Below are positions 20,675-28,791 of a stretch of 64,000 nucleotides of DNA, in pieces. Positions within the stretch are counted from its first letter, which is position 1. Each line of letters starts with the position of its first letter. The stretch lies in assembly GCA_902800045.1 (NCBI GenBank), contig CADCCZ010000001.1, positions 537,346 through 601,345 of the forward strand. Reading direction: 5' to 3'. The DNA comes from an uncultured Bacteroidia bacterium (GTDB taxonomy: Bacteria; Bacteroidota; Bacteroidia; Bacteroidales; ML635J-15). A program made the translations under genes and the position numbers. The notes below the pieces were generated by a model, which did no database searches, was not told the DNA's origin, and worked only from the letters and a program-made list of their open reading frames with translations.

Positions 20675-21025
20675 TTATTTTTCTGATATACAGATAATTT
20701 CGATAATTGTGCCGACCATGCAAATGCTAGCGGCATTATGTATGGTTTTGTATTCTACAAACACCTTTTTGCCGTCTTCTAGCTTAATATTGTCGAATTT
20801 TTGAAGGTTGGATGGCTCAAGTTTTTTTCCGCTGTCAAGTTCGAGAACCCACGAGCAGCCATCGAGACCAGTGAGATCTTTTAATGTCGCTTCTACAGCG
20901 TTGGGGCACAATTCGCTATGTTTTTCTTCGGTTTTTGATTCTTGCATATAAACAGATTTGCTGCACGATATTGTCGTGCAGCAAATCGTAAATATTGCTA
21001 TGGTCAGGAAGCTACAGACTTTCAT
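20675..21025 (-). CDS. hypothetical small lipoprotein
   Basis: The signal/lipobox MKVCSFLTIAIFTICCTTISC-SKS is present. The gene overlaps the 3' end of the upstream gene by 14 nt. I recognise no family. Confidence 0.45.
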   Translation of the reverse strand: MKVCSFLTIAIFTICCTTISCSKSVYMQESKTEEKHSELCPNAVEATLKDLTGLDGCSWVLELDSGKKLEPSNLQKFDNIKLEDGKKVFVEYKTIHNAASICMVGTIIEIICISEK

Positions 21026-24000
21026 ACCATGCTGCATTTTCCTGATAAATAGGATAGTATTGTTCGAACAATTCGTTTCTCTCGTTCTTCTGCAACAATG
21101 TAAGTAATTTGCCGAGAGTTGCGATGTTCAATTGAATTTCCTGTGAGTTGGTGTTACGTTTCTGCTTGTCGAGTGACTTGTAGTAAGTGAGTTCTGTAAG
21201 TACAACGTTGATGCCGTCGATAAGTATGCTGTCGGCTATTTCTGCTTCACCAGCGAGGTAGTAGCCTTCTGCATAATCGCAATCGAAATAAGTAATGGGG
21301 TACATTGACGGTGGCATTATCGAGTCGCATCTTGCCATGACTTCTTTTGCCTTGTCGGTCTTGCCTTCCTTGACAAGAGCCTTTGCAAGTTCGCCGAAAT
21401 TGTTTCTGATTTTTACAATCTTGGTGGTGCGAAGTATGGTCTGGTCGATGTAAACGTTCGGGTCGTTGATGTTGCCCCAAGTGTAAACGTTCATGAGGTT
21501 GTTGTACATTACGTCGGTGTTAATGTCGCTGCTTGCAACGCCTTCTGGTGCCTTTGCCTTCTTGTTTATCGGGGTAAGACGGAATGCAAATCCCTCGTTA
21601 TGGAAATAGTTGTCGAGGTTGAGCGTATGACGGCTACCGAGCGATGTGATGTATATTGGGCGTTCCCAGTCGTTGGTGTTCAGAAGGTCGAGAATCATCA
21701 TTTCGTTCTTGAGCAGATAGTCCCTGTTGAGGTCGATGTTGAGAACGGTGTCGAAATATATCTCAGTACCTTCTTCTGTTTCCTTGTAGAAACCAGGATA
21801 TACACAACCGTACTCTATGACTTTCTTCGGGTCGGCCTTGAACGAGAATTTCTTCGATGGGAATAGGTAGAACGGATCTTCGCCCGATTTTACTACATTT
21901 TTATCGTCGTTGATATAGTCCATAAATTCGGGCAGAGGCATAAATCCCTTGTCTTTGCGGCGAGTGTCAATCATAAGTTGGTCGCGCATATTTGGCTCGT
22001 ACTTGCTACGATCGAGAGAAAGCGGCATTGGCTTGGCATCGTAGCTTGCGCACTTCATCTGGTCGATGTACCAGTCGGATGCGAAGTATGGCAGACAGCA
22101 AATCTTAACATCAGGTCTTATGCCTTCGACTTCTTGTGCGTACCAAACAGGGAAAGTATCGTTGTCGCCGTGGGTGAACAAGATTGCATTAGGAGCGCAG
22201 GTTTCCAGATAGTTGCGAGCAAAGTCGTGTGCTGCATAGCGGTTGCTGCGGTCGTGGTCGTCCCAGTTTTGTTCGGCCATAATGTACGGAACGGGAACGC
22301 AAATCAGCAAGGATACGATTCCCGCAACAGCACCAGGTGTGAACTTCTTGAAAAGTTCGTAGATTGCTGCTGCACCAAGTCCAATCCATATTGCGAACGC
22401 ATAGAACGACCCTGCGTAGGCGTAGTCACGCTCACGTGGCTGAATTGGCGTCTGGTTGAGGTAAACTACGATTGCTATACCAGTGAGTATGAACAGCAAA
22501 GAGACAATCCACCAGTCCTTTGTGTTCTTCCATAGCTGATATACAAGTCCGATGAGGCCGAGTATAAGCGGAAGCATAAAGTAACGGTTATGGCCTTTGT
22601 TGTTCTTCAGATAGTCGGGTAGGAGGCTCTGGTCGCCGAGGCGTGCATTGTCCAAGGCGTCGAAGCCTGTGATCCAGTTGCCGTGGATGGTGTTGCCATG
22701 TCCCTGAATATCATTCTGTCTTCCAGAGAAATTCCATAGGAAATAGCGCCAGTACATCCAGTTGAGCTGGTAGTTTACGAAGAACTTTAGGTTGTTGAGG
22801 CCTGTCGGCTTCTTCTGCGATGCCTTCATTCCTCCGAAGTCCTTGTAAACTGCGATGTGTTCTGCTTCGCGGCTGAACATGCGAGGAAATACGCGGCATC
22901 CGTTCTTCTTGAATACCGGTTTGAACCTATGTCCTACACAAACGTACTTGTCGCCGCGCTTGGTGTAGATTTCGGTGGTATTCTCGTATTTTTCGAACTG
23001 CGCCGAAAAATCCTGTCCGTACAGAAGCGGGCGGTCGCCATACTGCTCGCGGTTGAGGTAGGAGAGCAGGTTGAACATATCTTCGGGATTGTTCTGGTTC
23101 ATTGGCGGGTTGGCGTTAGACCTTATAATAATTATAGCGTAGCTCGAGTAGCCGATAATAATCATTGTAAGGAAAACCATTGCCGTGTTGAGCAGCGACC
23201 TGTGTTTCTTGGCAATGAACTTTATCAGGCAGAATACCATTGCGGCAATTATCAGGACGTTGAAGAATGCGTTTCCTGTGAAAAGCAAAGCTCCGGTAAG
23301 TATCATCGCCAAAGTCGGGAAAATTGTGTTGAGAATCACGTTGTCGCTCTTCTGTGTGAAGTAGATGCTGAGCACCAAGCAGGCTATTGTCAGTATTGTC
23401 CAAACGATAAGACCTGTGTTGAATGGGGCTCCGAATGAATTTGTGAACAGAAGTTCGAACTTTGATGCCACAACAGCAACTCCAGGTATAATTCCCCACA
23501 TAATCACTGCAATAGCGAGCAACGATATGATTCCTGTAAGCATGAATCCCCAGAATCTGCGAGCGCTAGTCTGTGGTTTGAACTTACGGTAGTATATAAC
23601 GAAAGCGATTGCTGGGAGTGTAAGCAAGTTGAGCAGGTGAACACCTATTGCCATACCTTCCATAAGACCGATGAGCAGAATCCATCTTCTTGATGTCGGG
23701 TCGTCAACATCGGAGTCGTACCATTTTGTTATAGCCCAGAAAACTATTGCTGTGAAGAACGACGAGAAGGCATAGACTTCGCCTTCGACAGCCGAGAACC
23801 AGAAGGTGTCGGAGAAAGTGTAAGCCAGCGAACCTATTGTGCTGCAGGCCAATATTGCTATGGTGTTACCAATGTTATATTTGCCGTCCTTTGCGATAAG
23901 GTGCTTTGCAAGGAAAGTTATTGTCCAGAAAAGGAACAATATTGTGAATGCGCTAGCCAAAGCCGACATCGAGTTTATCATCATTGCCACCTGTTCGGGG

Positions 24001-24215
24001 CCTGATGCAAACATTGCGAAGAACCTTGCTATTATCATGAAGAAAGGTGCTCCAGGCGGATGTCCGATTTGCATTTTATTCGATGATGAAATGAATTCAC
24101 CGCAGTCCCAAAAACTTACCGTTGGTTCGATAGTAAGCAGATAAGTGATTGCTGCTACTAGGAATACTACCCATCCGGTAATGTTATTCAGCAGTTTAAA
24201 TCTTTTTTCTGTCAT
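21012..24215 (-). CDS. DUF2723 (TMEM260-like, GT-C type) giant membrane protein
   Basis: The N-terminus is TVSFWDCGEFISSSNKMQIGHPPGAPFF. About 12 or more TM segments are followed by a large soluble C-terminal domain, 1067 aa in total. Confidence 0.75.
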   Translation of the reverse strand: MTEKRFKLLNNITGWVVFLVAAITYLLTIEPTVSFWDCGEFISSSNKMQIGHPPGAPFFMIIARFFAMFASGPEQVAMMINSMSALASAFTILFLFWTITFLAKHLIAKDGKYNIGNTIAILACSTIGSLAYTFSDTFWFSAVEGEVYAFSSFFTAIVFWAITKWYDSDVDDPTSRRWILLIGLMEGMAIGVHLLNLLTLPAIAFVIYYRKFKPQTSARRFWGFMLTGIISLLAIAVIMWGIIPGVAVVASKFELLFTNSFGAPFNTGLIVWTILTIACLVLSIYFTQKSDNVILNTIFPTLAMILTGALLFTGNAFFNVLIIAAMVFCLIKFIAKKHRSLLNTAMVFLTMIIIGYSSYAIIIIRSNANPPMNQNNPEDMFNLLSYLNREQYGDRPLLYGQDFSAQFEKYENTTEIYTKRGDKYVCVGHRFKPVFKKNGCRVFPRMFSREAEHIAVYKDFGGMKASQKKPTGLNNLKFFVNYQLNWMYWRYFLWNFSGRQNDIQGHGNTIHGNWITGFDALDNARLGDQSLLPDYLKNNKGHNRYFMLPLILGLIGLVYQLWKNTKDWWIVSLLFILTGIAIVVYLNQTPIQPRERDYAYAGSFYAFAIWIGLGAAAIYELFKKFTPGAVAGIVSLLICVPVPYIMAEQNWDDHDRSNRYAAHDFARNYLETCAPNAILFTHGDNDTFPVWYAQEVEGIRPDVKICCLPYFASDWYIDQMKCASYDAKPMPLSLDRSKYEPNMRDQLMIDTRRKDKGFMPLPEFMDYINDDKNVVKSGEDPFYLFPSKKFSFKADPKKVIEYGCVYPGFYKETEEGTEIYFDTVLNIDLNRDYLLKNEMMILDLLNTNDWERPIYITSLGSRHTLNLDNYFHNEGFAFRLTPINKKAKAPEGVASSDINTDVMYNNLMNVYTWGNINDPNVYIDQTILRTTKIVKIRNNFGELAKALVKEGKTDKAKEVMARCDSIMPPSMYPITYFDCDYAEGYYLAGEAEIADSILIDGINVVLTELTYYKSLDKQKRNTNSQEIQLNIATLGKLLTLLQKNERNELFEQYYPIYQENAAWYESL

Positions 24216-24238
24216 TTTTACTTATAAATTTAGAGGTG

Positions 24239-24246
24239 CAAAGATA
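24239..24246 (-). promoter_or_regulatory. -7 promoter box (TATCTTTG) of the DUF2723 gene
   Basis: The minus strand reads TATCTTTG about 24 nt upstream of the ATG at 24215. Confidence 0.5.
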
Positions 24247-24328
24247 GTGCTTTTTTGTGGTAAGTGGAAAATATAAATGATATTTGTTGGGCGGAAAACA
24301 ATGATTATAATGTTTGTTTGTCTATTGT

Positions 24329-24365
24329 AAATCTGCGATTTTATTTAGAAAAATCTGCGATTTTA
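24329..24365. repeat. two copies of palindromic site AAATCTGCGATTTTA, 22-bp spacing, 3' of ATPase gene
   Basis: Identical 15-mers begin at 24329 and 24351. The core is AAATC-N3-GATTT, the same motif as the 4-copy array at 25645-25722. Confidence 0.85.
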
Positions 24366-24423
24366 AGTTGGATTGATGTTGTAATGTGTTGAAAATGAAT
24401 ATAGTGTCGTTATTGTAGGTGTG

Positions 24424-25617
24424 TTATAGTAAATTTTCAATATCACCATTGAAGAATGTTTCCAAAGGAATGTTTTCTCCACCGACAACTAAAGAATATT
24501 TTGGATGGTATAGGTTTCCGAATACATTCATTCCCGAATTTTGCTGTCTTCTGCCACTTTTGACCTCTATTGCAACAATGCTGTCGCCACGAGTTATTAC
24601 AAAGTCCACTTCCTCGTTGTTCTCGCGCCAATAATAAACATTAAATTCAAGTTCTTCGGCTTTGTCGAGCAGATAGCAGCCAACAGCGGATTCAACCCAT
24701 CGTCCCCATATTTCTGGGTGGGTGAAGGCCTTTTCGTAAGTCATGCCATCGGTCATAACAGTGAGCAGGGCGTTGTTGAACACCTGTAATTTTGGGATAG
24801 ACCTGTATTTTCGCGACTTGTCAACTGCATACTTTTGCAAACCGGTAATAAGTTTGCTTTCGCCAAGAACTTCCAAGTAGTTGACAAGCGTTGTTGCGTT
24901 GCCAGCATCTTGTAATGAGCCAAGCATTTTGTTGTACGAAAGTAATTCGCCAGAGTAACTGCATCCGAGATGGAAGAGTTGATGCATAAGTGCTGGCTTG
25001 TATATGTATGTCGTCAGCAGGACATCCTTTTCTATTGCCGGCGCAACAATTGAATCTCGCATATATCTGCGCCAGCGTTTTTCATCGTTTATGTATGTAG
25101 CACTTCCAGGATAGCCGCCGAAATATACATATTGGTTTATATCCAACCCAAAAGCATCGTGCATCTCCTTGTACGACCAATGTCCCATTGATAGCAATTC
25201 AAATCTTCCTGCAAGCGATTCTGTAAGGCCGTTTTTCAGTAGCAGACGTGACGAGCCAAGCAGTATGACCTTTATGTTAAGGTCGTTGAAAGTGTCGGCA
25301 TCCCATTCTTTCTTTACCTGTTCGCTCCAGTTGTCTATCTTATGAATCTCATCGAAAACAAGCAGAAATTCATTGCTTCCGTTGTATGCCATTCTTGCGC
25401 GGACTTCTGCCCACCTGTCCGAAATCCAATTGCCGTCGTCGTGAGCAACAGCATCGGCATTGAAAAATAGCGAAGGCATAGATACTTCTTTAAGCACTTG
25501 CTTTACCAATGTAGTCTTGCCTACTTGCCGAGGACCAGCAACAACCTGTATTGTATGCCGAGGTTCTTCGATTCTGCGAATCAATATGTCAGTCTGCGAA
25601 CGCCTAATCATATCCAT
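24424..25617 (-). CDS. AAA+ ATPase (AAA_14/COG1373-like) with C-terminal PD-(D/E)xK nuclease-like domain (DUF4143-type)
   Basis: It has Walker A GPRQVGKTT and Walker B LLVFDEIH. The C-terminal EEVDFVITRGDSIVAIEVKSGRR (nt 24547-24615) is a D...E-x-K restriction-endonuclease-fold signature. Confidence 0.8.
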   Translation of the reverse strand: MDMIRRSQTDILIRRIEEPRHTIQVVAGPRQVGKTTLVKQVLKEVSMPSLFFNADAVAHDDGNWISDRWAEVRARMAYNGSNEFLLVFDEIHKIDNWSEQVKKEWDADTFNDLNIKVILLGSSRLLLKNGLTESLAGRFELLSMGHWSYKEMHDAFGLDINQYVYFGGYPGSATYINDEKRWRRYMRDSIVAPAIEKDVLLTTYIYKPALMHQLFHLGCSYSGELLSYNKMLGSLQDAGNATTLVNYLEVLGESKLITGLQKYAVDKSRKYRSIPKLQVFNNALLTVMTDGMTYEKAFTHPEIWGRWVESAVGCYLLDKAEELEFNVYYWRENNEEVDFVITRGDSIVAIEVKSGRRQQNSGMNVFGNLYHPKYSLVVGGENIPLETFFNGDIENLL

Positions 25618-25632
25618 ATATTTTTATCGTCG

Positions 25633-25640
25633 CAAAGTTA
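25633..25640 (-). promoter_or_regulatory. -7 promoter box (TAACTTTG) of the ATPase gene
   Basis: The minus strand reads TAACTTTG 16 nt upstream of the ATG at 25617. The first palindromic repeat starts 5 bp further upstream. Confidence 0.55.
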
Positions 25641-25644
25641 ATAA

Positions 25645-25722
25645 AAATCTCCGATTTATTTTCAAAAAATCTGCGATTCTTTTCGAAAAAATCTCCGATT
25701 TTGTTTGGAAAAATCTGCGATT
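25645..25722. repeat. four phased copies (exact 22-bp period) of palindromic site AAATC(T[G/C]C)GATT
   Basis: Copies start at 25645, 25667, 25689 and 25711 and alternate between TCC and TGC spacers, giving a 44-bp unit repeated twice. They sit immediately upstream of the promoter box. Confidence 0.85.
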
Positions 25723-25765
25723 CTTCCATGTTTTAATTGTGTAATACTTTGATAATAAGTGATGT

Positions 25766-27160
25766 TTATCGTTTTTGTTCGTGCTTGCTGATTGTTTCGA
25801 TAATCTTTGCTGATTCGAAATCCTTGTCGATGATAATGTTGTTTTCGTCAAGCAGGTATAAGCGTGGCGACTTGAAGGTGCCGTAATCGACATCGTAAGT
25901 GCTGACGGTTTCAGGGTCGCTCACATTTATCCAGTCGAGTTCGTTGTCGGCAACATATTGCTTCCACTGGTCGTACTCTGCTTCGGTGTATACGGCAAAG
26001 ACTTCGGCGCCCATTGTTTTCAGAGTGTGGTAGTCGGCTTGTAGGTAGCCAACTTTCTCGATGCAGACTTCGCATTCCGAATCCCAGAAAACTAGAATTT
26101 TGTATTTCGATTTCAGTCCGTACAACGAACGGTCGGTTCCGTTTTGGTCGGGAAGCACAATGTCTTTGCCTTTCATTCCAATAATGTTGGATTTTGTGTT
26201 GTTGTATCTCCACTTCAGCACCGAATAGTCGTAATCGCTCAACCATTGCGGTTTTTCTTTGTAGTATTGTTCGAACAGACTGCATGCCACATACTCGAGT
26301 CTTGGGTCGGGAGAATAATCATATAGGTAGTTTATGACTAGGTGGTCGAGTATATGTTCCCTTAATTCACTCTTGGGTGCGGTTTTGAGAATAAGGTGTT
26401 CGGCGAATGATGTGGCTACCATAACATTGTCGGCGTAGGCATCGATATTTTTTTCGCAGTATTTTTCAATAAATCGTCTGAACGAATATTCAGGGGTGTT
26501 TATTATTTCTGGATTTGAGAAGTCCAAGTCGGTTATTGGATTACAGTCAGACATTTGTGCGGCATAAGTCATTTTATAAAGGTTATAAAGGAAATCGCCT
26601 TTTTTCTGCCTTTTCATTTCACGATGCAAGAAGTCGAGGTAGAGGCTATTTATGCTGTCTATCTCTTTTTTCAAACCAAGAGAGTCTTTGCCTGAATATA
26701 TGCCATATTTTAGCGATATTGATTTCTCTTCTAATTGAGTTCTGTATAGTTGTATTTTTTTCTGTGCCTCGTTGAACGATTTACTTGTTTCGTCGCCGCT
26801 TATAGTCAGGTGATTTAATGGGTCATCGCTGTCGGTGGAAAGAATTAGCGGTGTTTTGTTGTTGGCAAAATGGAAATCGAACAGTTTTTCACCTCTTGTC
26901 CATCTGTCTTTCTCTTCTGTATAGATATAGAGGTAGTATATTCCTCGTGGCAAATTGTTTGTTCCCTTGAATTCAGCGATTCCGTTTTTGCATTTTACAG
27001 AATCTAGCGTGTAGACATAAAATCCATGGTACTGGGCGAGATAAACGTATTGGTCTGGGAGTCCCTGTATCTCCACTTTAATGCTGTAAGCCTTTGCCGA
27101 AACGACAAAGGCTTGCAGTGTAAGTATTGTAAGAAGGATTTTAGTGAGCGTTCTTCTCAT
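25766..27160 (-). CDS. TlpA-like thioredoxin-fold protein (secreted), variant CEVC site
   Basis: A signal peptide is followed by a long N-terminal domain and a C-terminal redoxin domain with ILVFWDSECEVCIEKV in place of the WCxxC motif. Confidence 0.7.
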   Translation of the reverse strand: MRRTLTKILLTILTLQAFVVSAKAYSIKVEIQGLPDQYVYLAQYHGFYVYTLDSVKCKNGIAEFKGTNNLPRGIYYLYIYTEEKDRWTRGEKLFDFHFANNKTPLILSTDSDDPLNHLTISGDETSKSFNEAQKKIQLYRTQLEEKSISLKYGIYSGKDSLGLKKEIDSINSLYLDFLHREMKRQKKGDFLYNLYKMTYAAQMSDCNPITDLDFSNPEIINTPEYSFRRFIEKYCEKNIDAYADNVMVATSFAEHLILKTAPKSELREHILDHLVINYLYDYSPDPRLEYVACSLFEQYYKEKPQWLSDYDYSVLKWRYNNTKSNIIGMKGKDIVLPDQNGTDRSLYGLKSKYKILVFWDSECEVCIEKVGYLQADYHTLKTMGAEVFAVYTEAEYDQWKQYVADNELDWINVSDPETVSTYDVDYGTFKSPRLYLLDENNIIIDKDFESAKIIETISKHEQKR

Positions 27161-28649
27161 GTTCTTCCCTCTTTTTTTCGAACATAATAAGGTCCTTGAT
27201 GTTCTCGACGTTCAGACGTTTGCCGACAATCTTCTTGTTTTTGTCGAGGACATAGATTACAGGCGTGCTGTAGATGTCGTAGTAGTCGCGGAACTTTGAA
27301 TGTGGGTAAGGTCCGTCCCAAACGTTAATCCAATGATCGTCCTTGATGTTCTTGTCGTTGATGAATTCCTCCCATTCCTTTTTGTCGTATTGTGTATAGA
27401 TGGCAAAAACTTTAGCATTCAAGTCCTTGAGTGTGTCGCGGAATTCTTTTATCAGTTTTGGCACTTCCTTCTGGCAATGGCCGCACGATGGTTCCCAGAA
27501 TATCAGTATTGTATAGTCGGCCTTTATGTCGTGGAGGTTGTAGTATCGGTCGTCGACGCTTTGCATTCTTGTGAGGTTGTAGGCGATGCTTCCAAGACGA
27601 GTTGGGGTTATTTTCTCTACTCTTTCTTTCAGTTTCGACATGAATGTACTGTCGGCCCATTGAGCTTTTCCGCTAAGGTACCAGTCTTCGGCGATTGCGA
27701 CAAATACAGCGTCGTAGCCCATAATTTTCGATTCCTCGAAATAGTTGAGCAGGTGCGAAAGAGTGTACTGGTATATGAGAGTGTCGCCTTTCTTGAGACC
27801 TTTTTCGTATGACATCTCGATGACATTATGTGCATCAACAATAAGCGAGTCGGGAGATGGAACAACCATTTTTTCGAAATAATAATTGAGTTTCGATTCG
27901 TAGATAGGAGTGCGTACCAGACCTTCTTCCTCGAAGTCGACGTAGTCGAAATAATGTTCCTTGTAGTATCTGTACTGGAAAGTTGAATCGGTAATTACGC
28001 CGTTTTCGTCGCGTGGGAAATCGGGAATATCTATTTCGTGCATCGAACGCATAATTGAACCGAACAAAGTGCCTTTGTTTTCGTTTTCGACCTTGGTCAT
28101 GTATTCGATACGGCGGGTGTTCAGGTTACGCATTTTTTCGTACTGAACCTCCTTTGCGTTTTGGTCGTCGCCAGCATTCTTTATTGCTTTCTCGATGTCC
28201 ATGCGTTCTTTCTGCAGATCGATCATGTGACGCTGGTAGTTGTTGAAGGCAACGTTTTCGGGGCTGCCTTTTATCTTCATGTTGCCTACATAGTTGGCGG
28301 TATCGGTTTCGATGGAGAAATTTCGCTGACCGGCAGGACCCATCAGGAATTCGAAGAAATTCATGTTGCGCGATGGCATTACGACAATATATATTCCTTT
28401 GTGGATGTCCTTGTTGCCTTTCATTATGCCATGCCCGTTCGAGTCCATGCTGATAGTGTCGATGACATATTTCTTTTCACCTAGGTGATGGCCTACATAT
28501 ATTACAGTGTCGGTAACACCTTTTATTGTGAATTCGATGTTATACTTGTAGTTACTGCTAGCAGTCTTGCCTTTTTTCTGTGCGAATGATACGAAACTGC
28601 ATACTGTCAAAACCAGGATTATAATGCCTAACTTTCTCATGACTTTCAT
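27141..28649 (-). CDS. TlpA-like thiol-disulfide oxidoreductase (secreted), CGHC site
   Basis: It has a signal peptide MKVMRKLGIIILVLTVCSFVSFA and a C-terminal redoxin domain ILIFWEPSCGHCQKEVPKL. It is a paralog of the downstream gene, with a 20-nt overlap. Confidence 0.75.
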   Translation of the reverse strand: MKVMRKLGIIILVLTVCSFVSFAQKKGKTASSNYKYNIEFTIKGVTDTVIYVGHHLGEKKYVIDTISMDSNGHGIMKGNKDIHKGIYIVVMPSRNMNFFEFLMGPAGQRNFSIETDTANYVGNMKIKGSPENVAFNNYQRHMIDLQKERMDIEKAIKNAGDDQNAKEVQYEKMRNLNTRRIEYMTKVENENKGTLFGSIMRSMHEIDIPDFPRDENGVITDSTFQYRYYKEHYFDYVDFEEEGLVRTPIYESKLNYYFEKMVVPSPDSLIVDAHNVIEMSYEKGLKKGDTLIYQYTLSHLLNYFEESKIMGYDAVFVAIAEDWYLSGKAQWADSTFMSKLKERVEKITPTRLGSIAYNLTRMQSVDDRYYNLHDIKADYTILIFWEPSCGHCQKEVPKLIKEFRDTLKDLNAKVFAIYTQYDKKEWEEFINDKNIKDDHWINVWDGPYPHSKFRDYYDIYSTPVIYVLDKNKKIVGKRLNVENIKDLIMFEKKREEHEKNAH

Positions 28650-28791
28650 TGTTATTTCTAAACTGCAAAATTATCAAATTTATTGCAAAACTATCTTATA
28701 AAGATTTTAAAAATCTTAAAGAAATGTGAAGTGGTAATTGGTTTGCTATTTTGATGTGTAAACAATGTGGGCTACTTTCCGAATGCTTGGC

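Noticed and set aside
25645-25722. Possible CRISPR array (also considered for 24329-24365, 51988-52122 and 41385-41508)
   Set aside because: The repeat units are 13-18 bp at 22-51 bp spacing, or 8-bp units with no spacers. This is far below CRISPR repeat and spacer sizes. The inter-repeat sequences are A/T filler rather than unique spacers, and no cas genes are present in the window.
28698-28722. AT-only palindrome AAGATTTTAAAAATCTT downstream of the LTA-synthase-like gene, considered as a terminator
   Set aside because: The stem is entirely A/T and would be very weak, and there is no adjacent T-run distinct from the palindrome. I could not support calling it a terminator or an operator.
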